Below are positions 37,380-52,059 of a DNA stretch of 64,000 bases, piece after piece. Under the pieces are notes generated by a model. It saw nothing but the letters and a program-made list of their open reading frames with translations. It had not been told where the DNA came from and did no database searches. The position numbers were made by a program, and so were the translations under genes. The DNA is from Mobula hypostoma (lineage: Eukaryota), in assembly GCF_963921235.1 (NCBI RefSeq), contig NC_086118.1:20958001-21022000 (forward strand). Direction: 5' to 3'. The first letter of the stretch is position 1. Each line of letters starts with the position of its first letter.

Positions 37380-40300
37380 AGCCCTGTGCCCTCTAGTCTT
37401 AGACTCACCTACGATAGGAAACATCCTCTCCACATCCACTCTATCGAAGCCTTTCAACATTCGATAAGTTTCAACAAAATTCCCTCATTCGTGTAAATTT
37501 CAGTGAGTACATGCCCAGAGCCACAAAACACTCATGTTTTAACCCTTTCATTCCTGGGATAATTCTCATAAACCTCCTCTCCAATGCCGCCATATCTTTT
37601 TTAGATAAGGGACCCAAAGCTGCTCACAATACTACAAGTGCGGTCTGGCCAATGCCTTATAAAGCTTTAGCATTACATCCATGCTTTTGTATTCTAGTCC
37701 TCTTGAAATGAATGCTAACATTGTATTAGCCTTCCATACCACCAGCTCAACCTGCATGTTAACTTTTAGGAAATCCTGCACGAGGACTCCCAAGTCTCTT
37801 CACATCTCTCAATTTTGAATTTTCTCCCCACTTAGAAAATACTCCATGTCTTTATTCCTTCTACCAAAGTGCATAACCATAAACTTCTCTACACTATATT
37901 CCATCTGCCACTTCTTTGCCCATTCTCCCAATCTGTCTAGGTCCTTCCACAACCACACTGCTAAATCAACACTACCTGCCTGTCTACCTACCTTTGTATT
38001 GTCTGCAAAACTGGCCGCAATGTCATTAATTCCATCATCTGAACCATTGACATATAACATGAAAAGAAGCGGTCCCAACACCGACCTCTGTGGAACACCA
38101 CTAGTCACTGGTAGCCAACCAGAAAATGCCCCCTTCATTCCCACCTTTTGCCTTTTGCCAGTCAGTGAATCTTCTGCCCATGTTAGTATCTTTCCTTTAA
38201 TACCATGGGGTCTTATTTTGTTAAGCAGCTTCGTGTACGACACCTTGACAAAGGCCTTCTGAAAATCCAAATAAACAACATCCACTGACTCTCCTTTGTC
38301 TATCTTGCCTGTTATTTCCTCAGAGAATTCCAACAGATTTGTCAGGCAAGACCTCCCCTTAAGGAAACCTTGCTGACTTTGGTCTATTTTGTAAATGTCT
38401 CCAATTACCCCAGAACCTCATCTTTAAAAGTAGACTCCAACATTTTCCCAACTACCGAAGAAAGGCTAACTGGCCTATAATTTCATCTCTTCTGCCTCCC
38501 TCCCTTCTTAAAGAGTGGAGAGACATTTGCAATTTTCCAGTCTTCCGGAACTTTTCCAGAATCCAGTGATTCTTGAAAGATCATTTCTAATGCCTCCTCC
38601 ATCTCTTCAGCTACCTTTTCAGAGCCCTGGGGTGTCTTCCATCTGGTCCAAGTGATTTATCTAACTTCAGACATTTCAGCTTCCCAAGCACCTTCTTCTT
38701 AGAAATAGCAACAACACCCACTTATTCCCCCAGACATTTCTGCACTTCTGCTTTCCACTAGTGCCTTACACAGTGAAGACTGACAAAAAATACTTATTAA
38801 GTTTGTCCGTCACTTCTTTGGCCCCCATTACTACCTCTCCAGTGTTCTTTTCCAGTGGTCCAATATCTACTCTTGCCTCTCTTTTACTCTATATATCTGA
38901 AAAATCTTTGTATCCTTTTTTATATTCTTGCCTAGCTTACCTTCATATTTCATCTTTTCTCTCTTAATGGCTTTTTTAGTTGCCTAATGTTGGTTTTTAA
39001 AAGCTTCCCAAACCTCTACCTTCCCACTAATTTTTGCTATATTACATGCTCTCTCTTTTGCTTTTATGGTGTCTTTGACTTCCCTTGTCAGCCACAGTTG
39101 CCTCATCCTCCCTTTAGAATACTTCTTCACCTTTGGAATGTATCTTTCCTGCATCTTCCAAATTGCTTCCAGAATCTCCAGCTATTGTTGTTCTGCCATT
39201 ATCCCTGCTGGTGACCCCCTCCAATCAACATTAGCAAGTCCATCTCTCATGCTTCTTAATTCCCTTTACTCCACTGTAATACTGATACATCTGATTTTAG
39301 CTCCTCCTTCTCAAACTACAGGATGAATTCTATTATATTATGATCACTGCCTCCACAGGGTTCTGTTACCTTAAGCTCCCTAATCAAATCTGGGTCATTA
39401 CTTAACCCCCAGTCCAGAATTGCTATTCCCCTCATGGGCTCAACCATAAGTTGCTCTAAAAAGCCATCTCATAAGCATTATACAGATTTCCTCTCTTAGG
39501 TTCCAGCACCAAACTAGTTTTCCCAATCTACCTGGATATTGAAATCCCCCAAGACTATCACAACCTTGCCCTTTTTACATGCTGATTCTGTCTCCCATTG
39601 TAATTTGTAGCCCACATTCTGGCTACTGTTTGGAGGCCTGTATATCACTCTCATCAGGATCTTTTTATCCCTGCATTTTCCTAACTCTACCCACATGGAT
39701 TCTGTATCTTTGAATCCTATGTTTGATTTCATTTTTATACTAACAGAGCCAGCCCAAACCGTCTGCCTAGCTGCCTAACCTGTTGATACAATGCTTATCT
39801 TTGGATGTTAAGCTCACAACTGTGATCTTCTTTCAGCCACGACTCAGTGATGCCCACATCATACCTGCCGATCCCTAATTGCACTAAAAGATCATCTACC
39901 TTCTTCTGTATAGAGCATGCATTCAAATATAACACCTCTAGACCTGTAATCATCACTCTTTGTCGATTTTGGCCACTGGTTACACTTTAACACATCCAAC
40001 TAACTGCTATTTTGCCTTATCATCTGCCAGTCCTTCCTCACAGTCTTACTTTATCTACTTGTGTACCAACTGCCCCATCCTCGGCCCTATCACTCTGGCT
40101 TCTATCTCCCTGCCAACCTAGTTTAAACTCTCCGCAGCAGCTCTTGCAAACCCTCCCAGGAGGATATTGGTTCCCCTTGTGTTCAGGTGTAATCCGTCCC
40201 TTTTGTGCAGGTCATACCTTCCTCTGGAGGGACCCTAGTTATCTATAAATCTACATCCCTGCCCCTTGCACCAATTCTTCAGTCATGCATTCATCTGTCA

Positions 40301-40670
40301 AATCATCCTGTTCTTACTCTCACTGGTGCGTGGCACAGGCAGCAATACAGAGATTACTACCCTGCATGTCCTGCTTTTCACCTTCCTACCTGACTCCCTA
40401 TATTCTCTCTTCAGGACCACCTCCCTTTTCCTACCAATGCTATTGGTACCAATATATACCATGACTTCCTTTAGAATGCTGTGGACCTATGTAAGACATC
40501 TTGGAAGGCAACATACCAGCCAGGGGTCTCTTTCACGTCCACAGAATCTCCTATCTGCTCCTCTGACTATGGAATTCCCCTGTCAGTATCACACTCCTTT
40601 TCTCCCCCTTCCCTTCAGAGCCTCTGAGACAGATGTAGTCACTGGTAGGTTGTCCCTCCCCAGCAGTATC
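37380..40670 (-). mobile_element. Long CR1 LINE copy (ORF1 remnant, APE, RT)
   Basis: APE 'ESMWVEL...VIYRPPNSS...GDFNIQVDWEN'. RT 'VYLDFQKAF...SGVPQRSVLGPLLF...FADNTK'. The upstream region is consistent with an ORF1 remnant. Confidence 0.92.
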
Positions 40671-40685
40671 CAAGCATCTTATTAT

Positions 40686-40897
40686 TGTTGTTGTGTTGGT
40701 GGTGTTCCTTTCCGCTCCTTGTGGCGTATCCTTGATGCCTTTTCTTCTGCATCTTTGTCTGTTTTTTACAAGGCCGAGTGGCCAGCTCAGCGCTCAACCC
40801 AGCATGGATAGAAAGCATGCAAAGAAGCGGCTGGATTCGAACCCGGGACCGCTCGCCCCAAAGTCCGGTGGCGATGCCACCACACTACCGGCCAGCT
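40686..40897 (-). mobile_element. tRNA-derived SINE (same head as 23295 and 14694)
   Basis: Reverse complement reads gccggtagtgtggtggcatcgccaccggactttgggg...cccgGGTTCGAATCCagcc, with a (CAA)-rich tail. Confidence 0.8.
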
Positions 40898-43403
40898 GAT
40901 ACTTATTACTATTTAGGGAAATTCATGCTCCTGGCCCGGGCCCCCACATCACAAATCATTCAGGGTTTTCTACTCCTATCAGGTCTTTTAAATAGAACCT
41001 CCAAAAGGACTATGAAAATTTGTAACCCGACATTGGACTTTGCCTTTAAAACCTTTCAATAAAACAAATAACACCATATAGACTTTTGTTCCTGGTAATT
41101 ATTACTTCTAGCCATATCGTCCGTTGATCACACACACTCCTGATAAATTACTGTACATTACATGTAAAGGTAGATGCCTAATCTCTGCTGGGAAGGATGT
41201 GAATTGGTCCACAACATATGAAAATGAGTAACAGGGTGAGGTTTAGAGTTACATTTACTCGACAGGATTTCTTTTCATTCATTCGATGGTGAGATAACAA
41301 AGACAAAAGGCGTTCTGATGAAGGCCTGTCAGGAGCTTGTATCTGTATCACTCAAGCTTCAGCGAACACAAGTGACGACCTGATGTAGCAGCCTTGTAGC
41401 AGGATTACATACAGAGAACAGAGAGAAGCCTGTCAGTGTCCACTGGGTCATCGCACTCATCCTGCGCTTACTGAGCTGTCTGTTTACCTACCGCCCCGGA
41501 GTGATCATGTTGACAGCAAACAAAGCACTGTTGGGAAAGAAAGCATCCTGATCGTCTCCTGTCGGAGGCACAGTTGCTAATTAGGGAACATCAGGATGAC
41601 AAGTGGGGCCAGGAAATGAAAACTTCAAGAGCTGTTGCAACAACATGAGAGATTTTTCCAAGTTGCCCTGTGGCCTAGGCAAATTGCATCATAGGTTCAT
41701 CTGAATGGTACAAACGTCGCTGCTCAAAATATTTTACACCACAATTGCCAAATTTTGAGCTGAATCTGAACAAAAGTAAAACAAAGAATAGCTTTGTTTG
41801 ACTGATCCATTTCCTTTCAACCCTCCCTGCCCCAACAGCTTGAAAAAGAACACTTGGTGGCAGTGCTTAAATGTGCAGAAACTATGACTGCTCCTGGATC
41901 AACGAGACATTGATAGAGATTTTTAGTGAGAGTTAATTGTACTGCAAAATCAATGTACTTAGTTTCATATAACATATCACCCAGCATTATGAATTTTTTA
42001 AAATCCTGGTGTTAAAATAGCTAAACATCTGCATACTTTGAAAGCTTTTTTTCTTGTGGAGTGGAAAACTTAGTCCTTCTGTGTTAAAGTAAGGATCTAA
42101 GATTGGAATGATTGCTGAGTCTCTGTGAAATCAATCAGTCAAGGACCTGCCAAGTTTATCTGATAATCTTCTCAAACAAGTTTGAGAAACTGGAATTCTT
42201 GATGTCCTTTAATCAGACCTAGTTGGAAGGTTATCAATATGAAAACATCAAGATGCTTTTAGACATCTTCAATTTTTATTTCAGATTATTAACTTTTGGA
42301 TTATTTTCCCTTTGACTTCCAGATTCCTATACAACTACATCCGACGACACCAAACTCAGCAAAGTTAAGCAGGCACTCACTCTGTTGGTGCACTCCTTGC
42401 AGATGTCACAACTCCCCCTCGCCTCACAACGCAGCAAATGAAATAATCCGGGCAAACTGAATCTGTCTTAGTTTTTGCTGTTACTCTAATGGTACTGTAG
42501 GTAGAGCCCTGCAATGCAGTCGTGCATACTTAAATGGATTTTTCATATGTCAAAATGTGGATAGAAATTCTGCATCCTGCAGAGTTTGAAAGAAAACTGT
42601 TCCCAACCATGAATCACTCAGCTGATAAGTTATCAGCACAGCCGGATGCAGAGTCTGATAAATCCAGTGAAGTGTTAGAGTGGTATTTAATATCTTAGAT
42701 GGAGACAGAAACTTCACCACTAACACAGTTCTGCGTGCCTGGAGGAGTTCCAAGTGCTTGGCAGAACCACTGTTTCAGTCTTTGTTTTTCGTGGCCCTGC
42801 TTTTAGTAAGTAAGAAGATTCATGTCTTCAGGAAACAATTTTTATGTTGTAATTTAGATAATGGATTACAATGAGGGCCAGTTGCTCTTTTGTGCTTAAA
42901 CGACTTCCTACCAAGGCACAGTACCAAAAGTAACAGCGTCTGTAGACGGCTACACCAGTGGATGGTTTTGTTAGTTTTAGGAATGTGTGGCAAAAGAATC
43001 AGGAGTTACATTTTCAATAGTTCAATAGTTCCACTTAAATATCAGAGACTGCATACAATGTACAACGGGAAATTCTTGCTGTTCGCGGACATCCTCAAAA
43101 ACAGAAGAGTGCCCCAAAAAATGAGTGACAGTAAAATCATTAGCACCCCAAAGCCTCCCACGCACAAGCAGCAGCAAAGCATCAACCCTGCCCCTCCCAC
43201 ATGTTTAGATATGAGCAGCTACAACCCTCGGGGGATATTGTCAAACTTCTGTTTCATTTGTGTCATAACTTCTCCAGTTAGAGTGTGATAGCGAAGTACT
43301 CTCATTTGTCCCATATTATTCTGGTTCCAATTTCCCAGCCTCCAACTCAGATCTACTGGGATTCTACTTTAGCCTTGATAGGAACTAAAAGCCTGTCTTT
43401 TTA

Positions 43404-43760
43404 TAGTCATAATCAGAGTCATAGTCATACTTTATTGATCCCGAGGGAAATTGGTTTTCATTACAGTTGCACCAACCAAGAATAGAGTATAAATAAAGCA
43501 ATATAAAACCATAAATAATTAAATAGTAATATGTAAATGCCAGGAAATAAGTCCAGGACCAGCCTATTGGCTCAGGGTGTCTGACCCTCCAAGGGAGGAA
43601 TTGTAAAGTTTGATGGCTACAGGCAGGAATGACTTCTTATGACACTCTGTGTTGCATCTCGGTGGAATGAGTCTCTGGCTGAATGTACTCCTGTGCCCAA
43701 CAAGTACCTTATGTAGTGGATGGGAGACATTGTCCAAGATGGCATGCAACTTGGACAGCA
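43404..43760 (-). mobile_element. Rex1-like LINE 3' end
   Basis: 'LSKLHAILDNVSHPLH...STFSQRLI..RCNTE.HKKSFLPVAIKLYN' and a catagt-type tail. Confidence 0.85.
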
Positions 43761-44160
43761 TATGTGGCTACAATCGAAACCACAGGTGGTAGGGTGGAGA
43801 TACATCTCTACCAAAGATTCTTGTCTGCTAGCCAGTAGGTCACCCTTGTGCAAGGTGTAGTGCCTACTTAGCTCCCACCCCGTCCCCAATCAGGGTCGAA
43901 TGAAGTCATGGGAGCAGGTGGTGGATGGTTGTATGGGTAGCTGGTGCACATCACAAATCGGGGTTATGAGACCACTGATACCAGGCAGACAATCTCTGAA
44001 GAGTATTGATAATGGCTGGGGTCACCCGTCTTGTAAAGGCACTGCCCAGAAGAAAGCAATGGCAAATCGCTTCTCTAGAAAAAATTGCCAAGAAAAGTTG
44101 TGGTCATGAGACCATGATCACTTACATCACACAACACGACACATAATAATGATGATGACG
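43761..44160 (+). mobile_element. RTE-related non-autonomous element / 3' fragment
   Basis: 'gcaatggcaaatcgcttct...ttgccaagaaa' is an RTE-like 3' motif. Ends in a (TGA)n tail. Confidence 0.5.
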
Positions 44161-44869
44161 ACCTAAACCACTGACTCCATGATATAGGATAGTTCCTGAA
44201 TAGGAAGGAATTAACGTAACCTGGACAATTTCAACCTGCCAAAATGAAAAGTTAATTTCAAATTCCTATTTCACATCTCCCACAGATATAGGCTACCTTT
44301 TGTTAATGACCTTCCCTATACATTCCAGCAGCATCTTGTTCGATGCATTCATGGTTACTTTTTGCCACTGAGGAACTGTGAGACAATTGGCAATGAGATT
44401 CAGGCTCTCCAATTCTTCTGGTGCAAATAAACCCACCCAACCTTCCACTGAATTTGAGTTGTAATGTACCTCTTGCTTAACCTTCACTTCTCAGGATATA
44501 GAAACTTTTTTGATCTTAACTTGCCTATTCCGTCCTTAGATCTTGAAACTCTGGGTTGGCCTAATCAATACTCAATTAGTTAAGGCACGTGAGAAGGATT
44601 GGAGAAAGATTTGAAAATTATCCCAGATTTGAGAGATTGTATATAGCTTCTGGAAAAGAATGAACCAGCTCATTTCTCTGAGGTTAATAAGGTCTTAATA
44701 AACTGAGAAAGGTGTTGAATGAGGAAGCAGAGGGATTGTGGACCACTGTGGGGAAGAGGAAGGCAAGAGATCAAGTTTGGAAAGTAAAAGAGTAGTGAGA
44801 AATGCACACTACCTTGTGAATGATTGGGACACACAGTATTGATATATAGGGTAAGCTACGAGAGGAATA

Positions 44870-45150
44870 GCGGAGTATCCCAGCTTGTGAATAGCTGCTG
44901 CCTTACAGCCTTTCACTCAGGTTCAATCCTGACCTTGGGTGCTGTCTGTTTGGAGTTTATTTGCTCCCTGTGGCCATGCAGGCTTCTTCTGGGTGCTCTG
45001 GATTACACCCAATCATACACAGGCTGGGGAGGAATTGGCCTGGGATCTAGATGAACAGTACAATTTGGGAGAAGTCGATAGGGATGAGGAGAGAATGTAA
45101 TGGGAGTGGTGTCAGATTAGTGCTTGATGGCAGATGATGAATCGAAGGGC
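44870..45150 (+). mobile_element. Decayed V-SINE (HE1-like)
   Basis: B box GGTTCAATCC followed by 'tgaccttgggtgctgtctgtttggagttt...ctccctgtggcc...gggtgctctgg', a V-domain pattern. Confidence 0.65.
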
Positions 45151-47329
45151 TAGTTGTGCAATGGGACGATTTCACATGAGTTAGACAAGAACAAATGTTG
45201 GCTTGAGTGAAGCATAAACGTCATTGACTGAATGCCCCTAATTTGAATTTACGCTGTCTAACCATGTCCAGCTTTGTTAGGATGTTATGATATTGAATTT
45301 TGCCAATTTCCTCAAACTTCATGAAAGACCAGCTTCACCAGCATTAGCATGGGTTCAGATGGCCAAGATATTTTTTTTTTGAGATTTAAAAGACTTGTAT
45401 TCCGAACAGGTGATTTCTAGCACAGTGACTAGACCTGTTTCTAGTGTAACCTAGATTGGTGACTTAGCAAAAAGGAAAATTACATAGGATGAAATTTGCA
45501 TCACCAAAAAAGACCTGTTTGTTTGAATAATTCACCAGTGGAATAGCTGCTAATCAAGTCACATTATTTGGACTCAGTGACATTTTTGAGAGTCATTGTG
45601 GTGATGTTAACACATGATATATTCAGGCAAATTATGGAGAGCTTTTTGATTGTAAATCGCTTGAATCATGGAAATTACTGTACAGAGGAAGACCAATTTC
45701 TCTTCCAATAAATTCGCCTTCCACCATTCTTCAATGCAATAACATCCTTCTCCACTCTAATTTATTGTTCATGTCTCCATTCCTTCTGTTCTGCTTTCTC
45801 CTTTCCAGTCCTCAGCTGCTTGTCCCACTTTATACCTCTTCCCTCTTCCTGCTTTCTGCTTTTCTCCACCTCCATTGTCCGTCACCTGCCCTGTTTCCCT
45901 TCTTCCACGTTTGGTGGCTCTGAGTATATGTACCACATGCCTTTCTGCTTTCATTCAATTCACATTTGAATTCCTGCAATAGGCTATGTGTTGTCAATTT
46001 TTGCAGCTCCCACCTCCTCCCCAAATCAATAAGAAAAAGAACGTTTTATTGCAATGCCTCTATGATTTTGACTCAGTTGTTCACTGTCTTTTTTCTTAAG
46101 TAATTCACAAACATTACATTTATAACAGGGTCATACATGGATAACAATCATAGTACAATAGTCTCTATTTTACTATTTCATTCATCATTATTGCACATTA
46201 TTACACATAAATTATTACAGTGTATATTATTATTCTGTACTTTATTATTAATTAATATTATTATATTTATTATTATTGCTGTGTATTTTTAAATGTTGCT
46301 GCTGTAATGAAATAATTTCCCACTTGGGATCAATAAAGTAATTATTATTATAACCACATTAGATGTTGATAATTGTGTGTTCTACAGCTCCCAGTATCTC
46401 ATATGAAGAGCAGTTACCAGGTCTACACAATGGGCTACCAACTGCACTACAATAGTCAGAGCAGCACTTCTGATTAAAACAGGCGGTGTTAAGAAACACC
46501 CTAGTTGTAGTTAATTAGCAGTTGAACTAATTCTGCAGATAATTAACAGCATTGAATAAAGGACCTCAAAAAGCAGGGTGGAGAAAATGGCTTGGGTGTA
46601 CTTCACGTTAAATCTGTCAACCTACACGGTATAGTGGGAACTTTAAAAATTGCCAGCGATAGTCTTCGGTTGCATAGTTCCAGTGACCGATGTTCATTTC
46701 CAATCTCTGGTGCTTGTGTTTGTGGCAACTGGTTTCTCCTTGATGTTCCAGTCTCTTCCCACTTCCTACGGGTGTGCTGATTGCTTAATTTGCTGTTGTA
46801 ATAAAAAAATTGTCCCTGGTGTTTGTTGGATTGCCAAAGAATCAGGAGAGAGTTGATAGAAACTGAGAGAGAACAGGTTCTGGGTGGAAAGTGGGCAAAC
46901 TGGAATGTTTTGTTATGCTGCATAGTTTTGATGAGTCAACTAGCCTCCTTTTACATCATCAAAAACAAATGATAGATAGGATATGATACAAGACAGCAAA
47001 AAAAGTGAACAATGCAGTGAAGCCCCTAAGTAGAAATGTTGTGGTTTGGTAGGAAATGAGACAAAATAGCCACTCAAACACAGACAGCTAAGCAATGTAT
47101 AATCTATCTGGTCAGTGCTCCACAGTGTAACTAGACAGAAACAAAATGTTCTTTAATCCTAATAATACACAAATTACAGGATCACATTGAAACTACAAAT
47201 AAATAAATACCATTAAGGGGAAGTATAAAGGAGCTATTATATAGTTTTCAGAGCCAATTTGAATCAATCATGCAAATTATTAAACAGGTGACCGAACATA
47301 GAGCCAAAGGTAATATAGTAAAATAGGTT

Positions 47330-48545
47330 ATAAGATCACAAGACCACAGGATATAGGAGCAGAATTAGGCCACTTGGTTCATCAAATCTGCTCTGCCATT
47401 TTATCATGGCTGATCCTGTATCCCTTCATGCTTGGACAACGAATAATCTATCAACCTCTGCCTTTAATATACATAAAGACTTGGCCTCCATAGCGGCCAG
47501 TGGCAAAAGAATTCCACAGATTCACCATCCTCTGGCTAACAATATTCCTCCTCATCTCCGTTTTAGAAGGACGCCCCTCTACTCTGAGGCTGTGTCCTCC
47601 GGTCTTAGACTCTCCTCTCCACATCCCCACTCTATCAAGGTCTTTCACCATTCGACAGGTTTCAATGAGGTCACCCCTCATTCTTCTGAATTCTAGTGAA
47701 TGTGGACTCGGAGCCATCAGACGCTCTTCGTTTGACAAGCCGTTCAATCCTGGAATCATTTTTGGTGAACCTCCTTTGAACCGTCTCCAGTTTCAGCACA
47801 ACCTTTATAAGATAAGGGACCCAAACCTGCTCACAATGCTCCAAGTGAGGCCTCACCAGTGCTTTATAATGTCTCAATGTTACACCCTTGATTTTATATC
47901 CTAGCCCTCTTGAAATGAATGCAAACACTGCATTTGCCTTCCTCACCACAGACTCAACCTGCAAATTAACCTTTAGGGAATCCTGCACAAGAACTCCCAA
48001 GTCCCTTTGCATCTCAGTTGATAGTAATTTTGTTCCCATTAGAAAATAGTCAGCCCTTTCATTTCTTCTACCAAAGTGCATGACCATACACTTTCAACAC
48101 TGTATTCCATCTGCCTTTTATTTACCCATTCTTCTAATCTGTCTGAGCCCTTCTGCAGCATCTCTACTTCCTCAAAACTACCTGTCCCTCCACCTATCTT
48201 CATATCGTCTGCAAACTTTGCAACAAAACCATCAATTTCATCATCCAAATCATTAATGTATACATTAAAAAGAAGCAGCCCCAACACAGAACCATTTGGA
48301 ATACCCCCAGTCACCTGCAGTCAACCAGAAAAGGCCCCCTTTATTCCCACTCTTTGCCTCCTGCCAATCCGGCACTGTTTTATCCATGCTAGAAAATTTC
48401 CTGTAGTACCATAGGCTCGTAGCTTGTTAAGCAGCCTCATGTGTGGCACCTTGTCAAAGGCCTTCTGAAAATCCAAGTACACAGCATCAACCAATTCTCC
48501 TTTTTTATCATGCTTGTTGCTTCTTCAAAGAATTTCAACAGATAG
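47330..48545 (-). mobile_element. CR1 LINE 3' portion
   Basis: 'FVAKFADDMKIGG' and 'YKALVRPHLEHCEQVW'. The 3' UTR end is at ~47330. Confidence 0.9.
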
Positions 48546-48591
48546 TGAACCTCAAGTCAACAAGCACAACGACAGTTTCTTTTGCATTGTC

Positions 48592-48949
48592 TTCAAAGTA
48601 AATTTATTATCAAAGTACATATATGCCACCATATATTGGAGATCGTCGATGGCTGAATAAAAGGCAGTGATGAATCAGCAAATTGGAGGGAGATTGAAAA
48701 TCTGTCTGAGTGGTGTCACAACAACAACCTCTCTTTCAATGTCAGCAAGACAATGGAGCTGATTATTGACTTTAGGAGGACGAAACCAGAAGTCCATGGA
48801 CTAGTCCTTATCAGAGAATCAGAGGTGGACAGGATCAGCAACTTAAAATCCCTTGGTGTTATCATGTCCTGGGTCCAGTACATAATTGCCATTATGAAGT
48901 AAGTACAGCAGAGCCTCTACTTTCTTAGAAGTTTCAAAGATTTGGTCTG
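48592..48949. mobile_element. Rex1-like fragments
   Basis: Plus-strand 'EWCHNNNLSFNVSKTMELIIDFRR' next to a minus-strand 3'-end piece. Confidence 0.7.
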
Positions 48950-50650
48950 ACCTCAGTGGTTGGCAAGATGTTGAGGTCAATTGTCAAGGATGAGGTTATG
49001 GAGTACTTGGTGACACACGATAAGATCAGTTTCCTTAAGGGGAAATCTTACTTGACGAACCTGCTGGAATACATCGGGGAGATTACAGGTAGGTTAGATA
49101 AAGGGGATGCAGTGGATGTTGTATATTTGGACTTACAGAAGGCCTTTGGCAAGGTGCCACACATGAGGCTGCTTACCAAGTTAGGAGCCCATGGTATTAC
49201 AGGGACATTACTGGCATGGTTAGAGCATTGGCTGACTGGTAGGAAGCAGTGAGTGGGAATAAAAGGATCCTTTCCTGGTTGGCTGTCAGTGACTAGTAGT
49301 GTTCTGCAGAGGTTGGTGTTGGGACTACTTCTTTTTATGTTGTATATCAGTGATTTAAATGATGGAATTGATGGCCTTGTTGTCAGTTTTACAGATGATA
49401 CAAACATTGGTGGAGGAGCAAGTAGTGTTGAGGAAACAGGTAGGCTGCAGAAGGACTTAAGACAGATTAGAAGAATAGGCTAGAGAGTGGCTAATGAAAT
49501 ACAATGTTGGAAAAATGCACAGTCATGCACATTGATAGAAGAAATAAATGTGCAAACTATTTTCTAAATGGGACAAAAATCCAACAGTCTGAGATACAAA
49601 GGGACTTGGGAGTCCTTATGCAGAATATGCTAAAGGTTAACTTGCAGGTAGAGTCAATACTGAGGAAGGCAAATGCAATATTAGCATTCATTTCAAGAGG
49701 CCTAGAATACAGGAGGAGAGATGTGATGCTGAGGCTTTATAAGGCCCTGGTGAGGCTTCACCTTCAGTATTGTGAACAGTTTTGGCTCCTCATCTAATAA
49801 AAAATATGCTGGCATTGGAATTTAGAAGGATGAGGGGGGATAGAAACTACAGCACAGAAACAGGCCTTTTGGCCCTTCTTGGCTGTGCCGAACCATTTTC
49901 TGCCTAGTCCCACTGACCTGCACACAGACCATATCCCTCCATACACCTCCCATCCATGTATCTGTCCAATTTATTCTTAAATGTTAAAAAAGAACCCGCA
50001 TTTACCACCTCGTCTGGCAGCTCATTCCATACTCCCACCACTCTCTGTGTGAAGAAGCCCCCCCTAATGTTCCCTTTAAACTTTCCCCCCTCACCCTAAA
50101 CCCATGTCCTCTGGTTTTTTACTCCCCTTGCCTCAGTGGAAAAAGCCTGCTTGCATTCACTCTATCTATACCCATCATAATTTTATATACCTCTATCAAA
50201 TCTCCCCTCATTCTTCTAAAGTCCCAACCTATTCAACCTTTCTCTGTAACTGAGTTTGTCAGGTCAAGTTCTCATTGAAACCTTTCGAATGTTGAAAAGG
50301 CCTAGACAGAGTAGATATGGAAAGGATGTTTCCCATGGTGGGGTAATCTAGGACAAGAGGGCACAGCCTCAGGTTAGAGCGGCATCCATTTAGAACAGTG
50401 ATGCAGAGAAATTTCTTCAGCCAGAGGGTGGTGAATTTGTGGCATTTATTACCACTGGCAGCTTGGGAGGCCAGATTGTTGGGTGTATTTAAGGCAGAGC
50501 TTAATAGGTTCTTGTTTGGACATGGCATCAGAGGTAACGGGGAGAAGGCCGGGGAGTAGATCGAAGGAGACGAAGAAAGAATCAGCCGTGATTGAATGGC
50601 AGAGCAGATTCGATGGGCCAAATGGCCTAATTCTGCTCCTGTCTTATGTC
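48950..50650 (+). mobile_element. CR1 LINE 3' portion, with an opposite-strand CR1 3' end inserted at ~49841-50256
   Basis: RT motifs in ORFs 48956, 49253 and 49504. The host sequence 'gatgaggggggat' resumes at 'ctcattgaaacc' (~50271). Confidence 0.88.
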
Positions 50651-52026
50651 ATCTAAAAATTTGACGAACTTCTATAGAAGTGTGGTGGAGAATACATTGA
50701 CTGGTTGCATCATGGCCTGGTATGGAAACACCAATGTCCTTGTATGAAAAGCCTACAAGGAGTAATGGATACTGCCCAGTCCATTACATGTAAAGCCCTC
50801 CCCACCACTGAGAACATCTACAAGGAGCGCTATCACAGGAAAACATCATCTATCATCAAGGGCCCCCACAACCTAGGCCATGCTGTCTTCCCACTGCTGC
50901 CATCAGGAAGAAGATATGGGAGCCTCAAGATCCACCCTACCAGGTTCAGAAACAATTATCCCTCAACCATCAGGGCCTTGAAACACAGGGGATAACTTCA
51001 CTCGCCCCATCACTGAACTATTCCCACAACCTACAGACTCAATTCCAAGAACTCTTCATCTCATGTTCTTGATACTTATTGCTTATTTATTTATTATTAT
51101 TATTTATTAATTTTTGCATTTACACAGTTTGTTGTTTTTTGCACTGGTTGTTTATCTGTCCTGTTGGGTGCAGTCTTTCATTGATTCTATTGTGCTTCTT
51201 GTACTTACTATGAATGCCAGCAAGAAAATGAATCTCAGGGTTGTATATGGTGACATATATATACTTCAATAATAAATATACTTTGGACTTTGATTTATTT
51301 TGGTCAAAAGCTTTAAGTTCCTCGGGGTCAATATCACAAATGACCTGACTTGGTCCAGGCAAGCAGAGTTCACTGCCAAGAAGGCCCACCAGCGCCTTTA
51401 CTTCCTGAGAAAACTAAAGAAATTTGGCCTGTCCCCTAAAACCCTCAGTAATTTTTATAGATGCACCGTAGAAAGTATTCTTCTAGGGTGCTTCACAACC
51501 TGGTATGGAAGTTGTCCTGTCCAAGACCGAAAGAAGCTGCAGAAGTACGTGAACACGGTGCAGCACATCACATAAACCAATCTTCCGTCTGTGGACTCAC
51601 TTTACACCACACACTGCCAGGATAATCAAGGACACAGCCCACCCAGCCAACACACTTTTCATCCCTCTTCCCTCTGGGAGAAGGCTCAGGAGCTTGAAGA
51701 CTCGTACAGCCAGATTTGGGAACAGCTTCTTTCCAACTGTGATAAGACTGCTGAACTGATCCTGACCCGGATCTGGGCCGTACCCTCCAAATATCCGGAC
51801 CTGCCTCTCGTTTTTTTTTTTGCACTACCTTACTTCCCATTTTTCTATTTTCTATTTATGATTTATCATTTAAATTTTTAATATTTACTAATTTTAACTG
51901 TTTTAAATATTTTTAATATTTAATATTTGTAATCCAGGGAGTGTGAAGTGCAGAATCATATATTGCTGTGATGATTGTACATTCTAGTACCAATTGTTTG
52001 GCGACAATAAAGTATAAAGTATAAGT
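50651..52026 (+). mobile_element. Two adjacent Rex1/Babar-like 3' fragments (50651-51293, 51300-52026)
   Basis: 'VKSFKFLGVNITNDLTWS...KKAHQRLYFLRKLKKF...NFYRCTVESIL'. Each has its own AATAAA and microsatellite tail. Confidence 0.85.
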
Positions 52027-52059
52027 ATTTTGTTGTGGGCATTCACAGTAAATACAGAG

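Noticed and set aside
41315..41345. CTGATGA as another hammerhead core
   Set aside because: No GAAA after a stem II and no Penelope context.
41240..41720. TE-free, slightly CpG-richer block as an exon or enhancer
   Set aside because: I found no convincing reading frame with splice sites, and conservation cannot be judged without alignments.
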